A stretch of DNA of 64,000 nt, from positions 1 through 64,000 of IMG/VR virus record IMGVR_UViG_3300026512_000002; one strand, written 5' to 3'. The first letter of the stretch is position 1. Each line of letters starts with the position of its first letter. Made by a program: the position numbers and the translations under genes. A model generated the notes under the pieces. That model saw only the letters and a program-made list of their open reading frames with translations. It had not been told where the DNA came from and made no database searches. Positions 28,707 through 38,607 of the stretch are shown one piece after another.

Positions 28707-29373
28707 GGTGTTGTAGTAGGACATATATACGAGGTGATCGTTTTATATGATCCGTAAATGTTTGAGCATGATAGTCAACGATCATGTTAATTTACAACTA
28801 CAAACATCTATCTAAAGCCAGCATAGATGTAAAACTTAATGCTGGGTAGACGTAATAGTTCCATTGGGGAGTGATTTACGCTAAGTTCGGATAGAAGGTT
28901 GGATTATGAGTTGTGTGTTACGCAATGAATATGAAAACTAGGAATATGAACTTAAGGCACCTCATGAGTATAACTTCTCATAATTGGTGTTTGAATATAC
29001 TGGATACTAGAGAAAAGTGTCCAGTATGTGGTGAAACCACCACTTGTTTAGCCGTAATGGTTACTCAAGAAGGTGGTCTAACCACTTCACTTAAAGAGGA
29101 GTGCCCTAGTTGTTTTAAAAAAAGAACTGGGTCTTCTTTAAGCGAAGTTATAACACTAGACTATTGGGATATAGTCTAGTATCACCAATATGACCAACAG
29201 TCTATAATGGTCATAGAACGCTTAATTCCGGCAACTAATAGGGATTCGCAGTAATAGGCGTTAGTGGTAACACCACAAAGGAGCTATAAGAAATAGCTGA
29301 TGATGAGTCTACTTGTCTGTAGTGGATAATTCAAAGGGAAGCAGTTGATCAACTATTCCCATTTCTTTTTTTT
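28707..29373 (+). ncRNA. Large structured early RNA (~660 nt), possibly carrying a Zn-ribbon ORF
   Basis: TATATTAA-N6-G (28699-28713); many helices (28997-29008/29016-29027; ACTAGACTAT/ATAGTCTAGT; CTTAAAGAGGA/TCTTCTTTAAG); terminator GGGAA..TTCCC plus T-tract. Confidence 0.7.
28946..29179 (+). CDS. Possible small Zn-ribbon protein embedded in structured RNA
   Basis: KCPVCGE...ECPSCFKK paired CxxC motifs; start codon uncertain. Confidence 0.45.
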   Translation: MNLRHLMSITSHNWCLNILDTREKCPVCGETTTCLAVMVTQEGGLTTSLKEECPSCFKKRTGSSLSEVITLDYWDIV

Positions 29374-29591
29374 TATTATATATAATAAAAATTGTATGGT
29401 AAAATATTTTATAATAGCATGGAATTAGATAAAAAACATACAAATCTCTAAAGTACAAATATTAGGATTGTGTAAAGAATATTGTTGAAAATCGTAATAG
29501 TTTAATGTTCGATTACATATTAGTTATATGATTGTAATTGTGCAATCAACGTGCGAGCGTTACTCGTTGAATTTTTTTTAAAGGAGGAATT

Positions 29592-29714
29592 ATGAAATAT
29601 TCTGATTTTAAAAAAAGACTGGCAGAAATGTCAGCCTTAGAGAAATCCATTTACTTAACTGCGTCACTGCAGTCAAGTAAATGGATTTCTATTCATCTAA
29701 AATATTTTAGATGA
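29592..29714 (+). CDS. 40-aa small protein (MKYSDFKKRLAEMSALEKSIYLTASLQSSKWISIHLKYFR), absent from the ORF track
   Basis: Strong SD AAGGAGG; own early motif (29516) and terminator (29720-29744). Confidence 0.6.
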   Translation: MKYSDFKKRLAEMSALEKSIYLTASLQSSKWISIHLKYFR

Positions 29715-29814
29715 ATAGAGGGGGGTAACCCCCATTTTTTTTTTCGCATTCACTATATAATAATTGTGTTTTCATAGAAAGTTATTAACCAATTAATTAA
29801 AAAAAAATCTTTTA

Positions 29815-31290
29815 CTATAATGCTTCTTTTATAGTTATCCATGTCTTACTATTACCAATAACCGGTGATTGTATATCATCATCTTTAATAACAAATAGCT
29901 CTATATAGTCTCCACTAGATAAGTTAACATATATTCCAGATGCATTAGCAACACCTTCTTTGTCATAGTTATATCCTCTAGTATAAGTTGCACCATTTGA
30001 ATAATCCAAAACAACCCCATTTTTTTTTATGTATGTAACTATTGTATTTCTAGCATTATCACCAGAATCCAATAACATATGTACACTATAATCGATCCAT
30101 ACATTCATATTCCTATTAGCAGTTATTCTACCAGCACCACTTCTAGTGAAATCGGCATGTGATTTTATATCAGTATTGAATACAACAACGGCTTCTGTTC
30201 CAGATGGTGTTTGAGTATTGTTTTTACCATAACTAACGGATATTGGTTTAGTAGGTATAATTACACTTATATCAACCACACCGCTGCCCGCATCTGTAAC
30301 TATTATATCATTTACAAAATTCAATGTTCCGTGTGGTGTGTTTGGTATATTAGAACCTTCTTGTTGAACAGTTATCGTTGCTCCAGCACCATCCGAACCT
30401 TTCTTAGACATCAAGTTCCAACCTGTACCAGGACTTGATGGTGATCCAGGATTATTAGTATTATTGTTTATGATTGAAACAAATGATGAACCTTGATATT
30501 CTACAGCCATATTTTCATCATAACCGTTTCCCGAATTAAAATTGGAGTCCCATGTACCTTCCCATGTCACATCGCCATCAGCACCAGTATCTCCTTTAGG
30601 TCCTTGTGGCCCAATATCACCTTTACTACCCTTACCACCTACATTGATTACAATTAAATTATATGTGTCGGTTTCAAGTGTTGCGCTGCCAATATATCGG
30701 ATTGTTTGTATTTTTAATTTATACCCTATATTCAAACTTAATATTGCAAAATTGGAACCAGTGTTCTCGTCACTATTGTCCTGTCGATGGTATAAACCTA
30801 TTTTGAAATTATCGACATCAACATAACCACTACCATCATCTATTTGTAAGTATACTTCTGAACCACTTCTAGATGTTGATGATCCATTTATCTGATTAGA
30901 TGCTGAAAGCATAACAACATAGTTACCGTTTTCATTACATGTTACTTCGCCAGTACTGGTGTTTAGTGTAAATTTATCACTTGTTGTACGTTCAGTATCT
31001 AATAAAATATCGATTCTGGTGTTTGTGAATGTTTGTATCGTGGATGGATATACATTATACATGACAAATGATTCGGATTTCCAATTAGCCGATAAATGTG
31101 GAGCATTAGATAGATCACCTTCAACTCCACCACTTATATTAGCTTGAGCTATAAATATTTTATTTTGCCAAGCAACTTTATCACCTGTATTATAATTAAC
31201 AGTTTCATCATAAAATCCAAGATCTTGAACAAAAGACGCTCCTGTTAAATTACCGTTTAATAATTGCTCTTTTCTTATTTGCATAACCAT
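29815..31290 (-). CDS. Fibre protein with CBM-like, collagen-like and C1q/TNF-like domains
   Basis: YDETVNYNTGDKVAW; GxKGD/GPQGPKGD collagen triplets; two C1q-like beta domains (LSSGDYIELF). Confidence 0.75.
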   Translation of the reverse strand: MVMQIRKEQLLNGNLTGASFVQDLGFYDETVNYNTGDKVAWQNKIFIAQANISGGVEGDLSNAPHLSANWKSESFVMYNVYPSTIQTFTNTRIDILLDTERTTSDKFTLNTSTGEVTCNENGNYVVMLSASNQINGSSTSRSGSEVYLQIDDGSGYVDVDNFKIGLYHRQDNSDENTGSNFAILSLNIGYKLKIQTIRYIGSATLETDTYNLIVINVGGKGSKGDIGPQGPKGDTGADGDVTWEGTWDSNFNSGNGYDENMAVEYQGSSFVSIINNNTNNPGSPSSPGTGWNLMSKKGSDGAGATITVQQEGSNIPNTPHGTLNFVNDIIVTDAGSGVVDISVIIPTKPISVSYGKNNTQTPSGTEAVVVFNTDIKSHADFTRSGAGRITANRNMNVWIDYSVHMLLDSGDNARNTIVTYIKKNGVVLDYSNGATYTRGYNYDKEGVANASGIYVNLSSGDYIELFVIKDDDIQSPVIGNSKTWITIKEAL

Positions 31291-31365
31291 ATTACAATCC
31301 TTATAGTAATCATAAAAAAAATCAATGTATGATACACATACATATTAATATGTAGACTTATTAGT

Positions 31366-32148
31366 CTAGTTTAAACTAGTACCGTTTAACATTTTAGAAT
31401 TCAATATGTTTAATTGTACTGGAACGGCAGGTGCTAAACCAGTGTCTTCGACACAAGTTATAAAGATAGCCCAAGTACCACTTATTGGAGTAATAGATCC
31501 TAAGTCTAATTCAATCATATTGGTATTAATGTCTTTTACATTATCTATACCAATATGGTTACCAGCATTATCTCTGATAGAAACGCTTGTGATATTATTA
31601 AGAGCTTTAAGATTGTGTTGTATTGTTAATTTACCACTATTTAAATCAGTATTGCTAAATGTTGTCGTATAACTAACACTACCAGCCCCTGAACCATAGC
31701 CTTTTTTACCAATATATTTGTAAAAAGTTATCTTAGGTGGCATGTTACCTGGATTGCCTGAATAAAAATATAATAACCCAGTAGCGTTGTCGACAACCCA
31801 ATCGCCTTGACCAAAAAAAATCTGATTATTAGAATTATCTCTTAACGTATAATTATATGATCCATCACCAAAATTGAAAGGTATTGAGTCTACTAAATCA
31901 GCTAGGTAAAATGCATCAGTTGTACCTGGTACAGATATCATTGTTTTATTCTCAAAGTATTGAACAATACCTAGTGTCTCACCGTCATTCAATATGGGTG
32001 CTGTTGTAGGTATTAAATCTTTTTGAACCCATTCTAGTGGACGGTAACCATATGGTTCTTCAAAAAAAGCTCTATTTATATCTGTTTCACCAACACCCAT
32101 TAATTTTTTAAATAAATTACTAGCTCTTTGATTTGTAGTTAATGCCAT
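31366..32148 (-). CDS. Virion structural protein
   Basis: DWVVDNATGLLYF...ITFYKYIGKKG pattern; upstream of fibre gene; SD GGAG. Confidence 0.6.
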   Translation of the reverse strand: MALTTNQRASNLFKKLMGVGETDINRAFFEEPYGYRPLEWVQKDLIPTTAPILNDGETLGIVQYFENKTMISVPGTTDAFYLADLVDSIPFNFGDGSYNYTLRDNSNNQIFFGQGDWVVDNATGLLYFYSGNPGNMPPKITFYKYIGKKGYGSGAGSVSYTTTFSNTDLNSGKLTIQHNLKALNNITSVSIRDNAGNHIGIDNVKDINTNMIELDLGSITPISGTWAIFITCVEDTGLAPAVPVQLNILNSKMLNGTSLN

Positions 32149-32287
32149 TTGTAACTCCAATATTAATTATGAATTGTTTCTTTAATAAATTGTTATCGTA
32201 TAACATCAAGGAATATGTTAAACTATTAATAATGTCTGTAACAATATGTTATTGTCATTCAACCATATCGTTTTAAAGGAGTTTGTT

Positions 32288-32608
32288 ATGGAAAAAGAAA
32301 ATGTTGAAAAAAATAAAACCATTATAACTGTTTGTAAGGATACTGATACTAAAGAGTATTTAGTAAAAAATAAACATGTTAACAATATTGTAAAAACACC
32401 ATATATTGCAATAGTTGGAACACTACATCATATATGGTCACATATAGGTGGAAACACCAATCATGCTAAAACTCATATTGCTGTTAATATTTTTTCAAAA
32501 ATAGTGCTCAACTTATATAATAATACACATGTTAATATTGATATTGATGAGGCTATTAATGGTTTTAAAAAAGATATTAGAAAAATGCTAGATAACAAAT
32601 CTAAGTAG
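32288..32608 (+). CDS. Hypothetical protein
   Basis: SD AAGGAG before ATG 32288. Confidence 0.7.
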   Translation: MEKENVEKNKTIITVCKDTDTKEYLVKNKHVNNIVKTPYIAIVGTLHHIWSHIGGNTNHAKTHIAVNIFSKIVLNLYNNTHVNIDIDEAINGFKKDIRKMLDNKSK

Positions 32609-32631
32609 ATTGAAATATAAAGTGGGAATAT

Positions 32632-33090
32632 ATGAAAATATTAAAAATATTAAAAATCAGAAATATGTTACCTAGAGTTATGGATTATTATAACAATAAT
32701 AACATAGAATATGATAAAGATAGCGTTATTAACATATTTAATACGCTTAAACGTAAGAAATATAAAAACATTAATATACCAGCAACTATTGTATGTGATA
32801 ATATGATCCATTATATTGATTCGGATAAAACATCTTTATATGAGGTATCCGTTATTATGAATGATAATATTGGTGATAAATATTCAATAGTATTGATACC
32901 ATATAGTGTTTTAGTAAATCTTGACATTAAAGAAGATATCGTATATGTTGAAAATCTTGTTACTATTATAGCATCAATTATATATGAAATACTTAATTAT
33001 AATATGAGTGAAAACAAAATATTAAAATATAATATTAAGATGTATGGATTGTTTAAAACATTTAAACGATACCATGGAAATATATTATAA
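32632..33090 (+). CDS. Hypothetical protein
   Basis: 152-aa ORF in operon. Confidence 0.65.
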   Translation: MKILKILKIRNMLPRVMDYYNNNNIEYDKDSVINIFNTLKRKKYKNINIPATIVCDNMIHYIDSDKTSLYEVSVIMNDNIGDKYSIVLIPYSVLVNLDIKEDIVYVENLVTIIASIIYEILNYNMSENKILKYNIKMYGLFKTFKRYHGNIL

Positions 33091-33299
33091 CATGTTGGAT
33101 GTAATAAACTGTCCGTAGAGGATGAATATAACATGGTTATTCACGGAGATATAAGTGTTTTGTATCATAAAATATTGATCAGTGTAAGTAACAAGGCAGT
33201 ATGATAATGCGTTAAAATAAAAGAATTGATGTTGATTAAAATCAAATGTGTTTTATTAATTTGATTAACTTATATGTTGATCATTATTTAAAAGGATCT

Positions 33300-34061
33300 A
33301 TGATGAAGGATAATGGAATAGTTGCTGGAACTCAAAACCAGAAAGAAGTTGTGAAAGTATTAATGGGTGAAGAAACTAATATGTTAACATTTGACGATGT
33401 TCATAATTGTCTTGAAAATGGTACATTTAAATGGAGTACTATGAGACCGATTGAAAATAAGAGAGATAGTTTCAATACATTAGTATTATCTGAAAAAAAA
33501 TTTAATGATGAGCATATTGTGATTCCATTTACTGATATGCGATTAAAGGATGCGAAAGAATGGAAAGCGAAAAATATAGAATTGCTAAAAACTAGGAAAA
33601 ATATAAAACTATCAGATCTTGATAAATTGCAAGAAATGGTGTCTACAATATATGATAATCCGATAGTTCCTAATATGACGAAGAATCCGATTAAAATTGA
33701 AAAATTGGTAATCGGTAAAGTGGTATTTACACAACCTATGATGGTCGTTGACAATGTAATCTACATTATAGTTCCAGCATCTAAGATTACAAAAAATCAT
33801 ATTAAATATTTAATTGATAACAAGTTGATGTATCAGGCAACATACTCTCAAGTGGTACTAAATGATACTAATATTAATGAGGTTGTAGTTATATTGATAG
33901 AGGATTCTGATCCATATCAAATAGTTAACATTAAATTCAATATATCTGATAATACTGAAATGGTAAATTATTTAACCAGTTTATCAAATTCTATAGTATC
34001 CGGAAACATGAATCCATTATACCCTAATGATAAAATTATCAATTATTCAGATATTGTATAA
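33300..34061 (+). CDS. Exonuclease VIII/RecE-like (DUF3799) fold protein, apparently catalytically degenerate
   Basis: LVLSEKKF...P..DMRLKDAKEW, MYQATY and IEDSDPY match the scaffold, but the PD...DxK residues are absent. Confidence 0.5.
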   Translation: MMKDNGIVAGTQNQKEVVKVLMGEETNMLTFDDVHNCLENGTFKWSTMRPIENKRDSFNTLVLSEKKFNDEHIVIPFTDMRLKDAKEWKAKNIELLKTRKNIKLSDLDKLQEMVSTIYDNPIVPNMTKNPIKIEKLVIGKVVFTQPMMVVDNVIYIIVPASKITKNHIKYLIDNKLMYQATYSQVVLNDTNINEVVVILIEDSDPYQIVNIKFNISDNTEMVNYLTSLSNSIVSGNMNPLYPNDKIINYSDIV

Positions 34062-34185
34062 TTGATAACTATGAGTTTAATAAGAACTTAATGAATTATG
34101 AAATATCATGGGGTTAGGGTGAAAAAAAAGATGGTTTATAAAACAACCATCTTTTTTTTTATTAAAGATATATAATTGTGCAATA

Positions 34186-36450
34186 TTAGTTAACTTCCAT
34201 TGCAATTTTCTTAAGATCTTCTTCAGTAAATCCTAACTTTGCACCTAAAACCTTAGTTATATTATATAGTTGAGTTATAGATCCAAAAACTAGTGCCGAG
34301 TGTTGTTGCATGTCAACATGTCCATTATTGCTAATAATATTAAGATCTTTAACACGTTTAATATGCTTGTTAGATATTTTTTTATTTTTAAAGTTTTTAG
34401 GTGTTTGATATTTATTAGGATCTAATACTAATTTAGTTACATTGTTTTCAATATAATCTACTTCCTCACCCATCATAAATTTAGTAGCTTCTACTAATGA
34501 TAAATCGTCTTCTACATCAAGAGTTGAGACTGTAGTATACGCTGCATGGATATGACCGTCACCTGTTATATAAAATTTACTAGAACCATTGTTTCTAACT
34601 CTAAATATAACATCTGAATTACTCAAAGAACCTTTAGTATTGGAACCGTTATGTTTTGAACCATCTACAACTACAGCGGCATATTGATCACCATCAGTCC
34701 TTTCTTTAGGTATACCATGTATCATCACGCCAGGAACATTACTAGTACCATCCCCATAATCAGTTATACCAATTATATCTAAACCACCATAATCATTATT
34801 AGTTTTTTTAAAACCACCATATGTATAAGTGTCTATTGAACCTAGATTTGAACTGGATGTTAAACCGTGATCTATATCAAAACTAGAAAATAGTACAATA
34901 GGTTTATCTTCAGAACTCTGATATAGTGACAGACCACCTGGCGAAATGTTAGTTTGATTATGTACAGTCCCATTAGGAGTTGTCATAATGGAACCATTTC
35001 CTTGCAACATATATCTCACACTACCATTATTTCTAATATCTAATACAATCTTATTAACCGGAACATTACTAACACTATCATTGGAACCATCATGAATATG
35101 TGCATCCATATTTATAACACCCATTGTAGACATACCTTTGCTATAACCATTTAATCTAATAGCATGTGAAGTACCTTCATTCAAACCAACAATGTCTAGC
35201 GATCCATAATCTTCGTCAATTTTTCTAAAACCACCATATGTTGAACCATCAATATCTCCTAAACTTGATGCTGATGTTAATGGGTGAACAACATCTGAAC
35301 TTGAAAATAACATAATAGGAGTGTCGGCATCATCCTGATTCAGAGCCACACCTCCTGGTGAAATATTGGACTTATTCAAATTAGAAACTGTTAATATAGC
35401 ACCATTACCTAGCACCATTAATTTTGTATCATTCAAGTTATTGACGCTCATAAGCGTTCTGGTATCAGGGACAGTATTATTATTATAGATTGATTTTAGA
35501 CATATTATACCATCGGTAGCCAATCCAGTTCCGGTATTATTATATCCTACTAATTCCAAACCGCTAGAAAAATCTTCGCTTATACCCATGATTCTCATAC
35601 CACCAGACGATGTATCTGCCATGGATAATGTGCCATAAGTCGATGTGTCTATGGTACCAGCTAGTGTATTAGTCGTACCATGATCTACTACCGAATTCAC
35701 TAACATTGTAATTGGTTTTGTATCATCACCTTGATTCAACACTAATCCGCCTGATGATATATTAGTATCATTTACAAAAGCCCCATCGGTACTAGTTAAT
35801 ACTGATCCGTTTCCTTGTATCTTAAATCTAATACTATCATTATTCAATATACCTAGTACCGTATCATCATCTGGTAGTGATAACGTATTATCATTGGTAC
35901 CATCGTGTGCGTGAGCGTTCATATAAATATGAGAATCTCCGTTTTGACTATAACTGTCAATACTGACACCTAAGCCTAAATCAGATCGTATACCCACAAT
36001 TGATAAACCGCCATTGGCAGAGGTTTCCATTATCCCACCATATGTTATATTAGATATAGTTTTCAACACACTATTGCTTACTAAAGGATGTGTGTGTTTA
36101 GTACTAGACATCAATATTGATGGTGCATCATTTGCAGCTAAGTTTAATGTTAGTCCACCATCAGATATATTACTAGCATTAGGGAAAATACCGTTGTGTG
36201 ATACATCTAAATGCGATCCTAGAGTAATACTACTATACCAATCAGAAGATACATTAGGGGCGTTACTCATGTCACCTTTTGCTGACGGAGTAACAGCTGC
36301 TTTTGCAACATACACATCCCCATTCCATATTACTTTATCATCAATATTGTATGAGTTGGTTTCATCATATATACCAATATTATCATTAAGAGAACCACCA
36401 GTTATTGTGTCTTCCCTAATTTGATCATTACGTGTTGTAGTTGTACCCAT
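34186..36450 (-). CDS. Tail fibre/spike protein with four internal ~125-aa repeats
   Basis: N-terminal YDETNSYNIDDKVIW; repeated NISxGG.xLxx..D.P...H....TYG..GG..I.G units; late promoter at 36473. Confidence 0.75.
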   Translation of the reverse strand: MGTTTTRNDQIREDTITGGSLNDNIGIYDETNSYNIDDKVIWNGDVYVAKAAVTPSAKGDMSNAPNVSSDWYSSITLGSHLDVSHNGIFPNASNISDGGLTLNLAANDAPSILMSSTKHTHPLVSNSVLKTISNITYGGIMETSANGGLSIVGIRSDLGLGVSIDSYSQNGDSHIYMNAHAHDGTNDNTLSLPDDDTVLGILNNDSIRFKIQGNGSVLTSTDGAFVNDTNISSGGLVLNQGDDTKPITMLVNSVVDHGTTNTLAGTIDTSTYGTLSMADTSSGGMRIMGISEDFSSGLELVGYNNTGTGLATDGIICLKSIYNNNTVPDTRTLMSVNNLNDTKLMVLGNGAILTVSNLNKSNISPGGVALNQDDADTPIMLFSSSDVVHPLTSASSLGDIDGSTYGGFRKIDEDYGSLDIVGLNEGTSHAIRLNGYSKGMSTMGVINMDAHIHDGSNDSVSNVPVNKIVLDIRNNGSVRYMLQGNGSIMTTPNGTVHNQTNISPGGLSLYQSSEDKPIVLFSSFDIDHGLTSSSNLGSIDTYTYGGFKKTNNDYGGLDIIGITDYGDGTSNVPGVMIHGIPKERTDGDQYAAVVVDGSKHNGSNTKGSLSNSDVIFRVRNNGSSKFYITGDGHIHAAYTTVSTLDVEDDLSLVEATKFMMGEEVDYIENNVTKLVLDPNKYQTPKNFKNKKISNKHIKRVKDLNIISNNGHVDMQQHSALVFGSITQLYNITKVLGAKLGFTEEDLKKIAMEVN

Positions 36451-36640
36451 TATATTATCTCACTGTATTGTTTAATTTATTGTTGTAACGATAATTATGA
36501 TTGGTGGATAGTTATAATATGATAACAGATGTGATATGTGAAACAAAAGTATTTATTATCATTTAGTTTTTAATAACATATGAGCACTAATGTTGGTAGT
36601 AAAAACGTAGTTGTATGAGAATCATATTAAACATGTTATT

Positions 36641-38365
36641 TTAAACAATATTACTTATGATTATGTTTCCAAATTTTTTATCAGAATTATTGGGTAGTCC
36701 TATACGTATATATAGTTCTCCACTTCTCACAGTTGAACCAAATGTACATTTTTTAATATTTGTAGTTGATTCGGAATATACCATACCTTTATCACCATCA
36801 TTGACTGGTGACCCTACACCAGGATATGAAGAGTTGCCATTTAACCACCCTGTAACACCTTCAACTTTATAGTATATTTCAATCCCATTGGTTTCAACAC
36901 CTGACCATGTACCAATGGGATTTGGCAATGTTAATGTGAACGCACTGTTATTGTTCAATGTTACTGGTTTAAATGTAACCCATCTAGTACCACTGCCCAT
37001 ACCGGTACTATAGTCTGGTCCAGCAGTAGGGTTGTTTGTACTATAATCTCCATTAGGTGTACCGTATCTATTATCTAACATTTGTAATTCATCAACATAT
37101 GTTGATCGTAATGAAACAGTTGAATCAAATGAACCACCGTAGCCATTGGTAGGATATTGACCTGTTCCACTTATCACTCTAGGAGTTTCATCGCTAATAG
37201 TATCTATTCTAGCATTAGTATTAGTAGCTAACGGTGTTCCAAGTATAGATTTAGAATTACGACCCATTATATTTATAATTATATTTTCAACATAAATATT
37301 ATTGATAGTTGTTGTAGTAATATTATTCATAGTAACAGATGTGTAGGCTGTCGGTATAATAGATAGTGACACATCTATATTGTTTATTGCTAATGATTCG
37401 ATTCTAGACAAAGCGTTAATATAATGGCTACGAACAGCATCATCTATAGTATATGTACAATCTAATGTATCACCAACATCTAAACTAGGTACACCTGAAA
37501 CATATCTGGTGCATGATGCTGGTAAACCTATACTTGGCGAACTGATATTTGCATTGTCAGGATCATCAATATGCACATGTTTATCTGGAGTATTACCTGT
37601 AATACTATGTTTCATCACAAAAATATGTTCATCTACACTCAATGGTGTAACTGGTAAAATATATGCTTCTAGTTGAGAATATAACCCTTCACCAGCAACA
37701 CCTACATATGGATCAGTGTCAGATGTTATGAATAGATCATTATCTGAACCAACATCGTTATTGGTTGTTAACGTTATCGACCCCATATTCGTACTATCTA
37801 TTTCAGCATCTAAAACACCGTTAGCACCATCACCGAAAGCTTGAGACACATATGCTCTAGGCGTATTGTCATCAATACAATCAGCATGTGTTGTTCCTGT
37901 ACCAGATTCTAATGCTGTATAAAGATTATCTATTATCAATACTAATGTTGATAGATCTGGTGGTGGTGGTGGTGCTAATTTTTTCAACATTGTGTTTAAA
38001 TCATCTATAGCATCATCTTTTTTATAAGTGTTGTCGGCTGGCCATTGAAAAAATCCATCAGTATAGGTACCATCTGTAGGTGACCCTAATGTATCACTAC
38101 CACTACCACTAGAAAATTCAACCCACCCAGTATTATCTAATGTATTTAGCAGTTGATATGTTTTAGCTGAACCTGTACCATCATCTTCAACTGTACAAAA
38201 CATACCAATATATCTTCGTTCTGGTATTATACTGTCTCTATCAACAATATCTAGTTTATGGTGAACACCTCCCAATATTTCATTAGAATGTGCTGATGGT
38301 ATTGGATCATTGGGATCTTGAGGTCTAATAGGTGCTGTGATTAAGGTTCCGATATTATTAGGCAT
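36641..38365 (-). CDS. Virion structural protein
   Basis: DRDSIIPERRYIGMFC head motif; LGSPTDGTYTDG; beta-rich body. Confidence 0.65.
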   Translation of the reverse strand: MPNNIGTLITAPIRPQDPNDPIPSAHSNEILGGVHHKLDIVDRDSIIPERRYIGMFCTVEDDGTGSAKTYQLLNTLDNTGWVEFSSGSGSDTLGSPTDGTYTDGFFQWPADNTYKKDDAIDDLNTMLKKLAPPPPPDLSTLVLIIDNLYTALESGTGTTHADCIDDNTPRAYVSQAFGDGANGVLDAEIDSTNMGSITLTTNNDVGSDNDLFITSDTDPYVGVAGEGLYSQLEAYILPVTPLSVDEHIFVMKHSITGNTPDKHVHIDDPDNANISSPSIGLPASCTRYVSGVPSLDVGDTLDCTYTIDDAVRSHYINALSRIESLAINNIDVSLSIIPTAYTSVTMNNITTTTINNIYVENIIINIMGRNSKSILGTPLATNTNARIDTISDETPRVISGTGQYPTNGYGGSFDSTVSLRSTYVDELQMLDNRYGTPNGDYSTNNPTAGPDYSTGMGSGTRWVTFKPVTLNNNSAFTLTLPNPIGTWSGVETNGIEIYYKVEGVTGWLNGNSSYPGVGSPVNDGDKGMVYSESTTNIKKCTFGSTVRSGELYIRIGLPNNSDKKFGNIIISNIV

Positions 38366-38461
38366 ATTATCTCCTAAAAAAATAAAAAAAAAGGAGGATA
38401 GTTATTAAAACTATCCTCTTATATAATAATATTTAAATAATAAGAAGTACTAAAAAAAACT

Positions 38462-38555
38462 CATTCCATTGCTTATGGTATTTTAATCATAACACATTCC
38501 ATTGCTTATGGTATTTTAATCATAACACATTCCATTGCTTATGGTATTTTAATCA
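38462..38555. repeat. 33-bp tandem repeat x2.8
   Basis: CATTCCATTGCTTATGGTATTTTAATCATAACA repeated exactly, with no spacers. Confidence 0.95.
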
Positions 38556-38607
38556 CATTTTCAATACTTCTTATTAAAAAATTGAAAACACATTATTTAT
38601 TATATTG

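Noticed and set aside
29155-29180. Group I intron P7 elements (AGACTA...GATATAGTC)
   Set aside because: The two elements form a simple local hairpin with no room for P3/P8, and there is no interrupted host gene.
29297-29345. Hammerhead ribozyme (CTGATGA)
   Set aside because: No downstream stem II-GAAA core or NUH site in the right arrangement.
38462-38555. CRISPR mini-array
   Set aside because: Repeats are contiguous with no unique spacers, and no cas genes are present.
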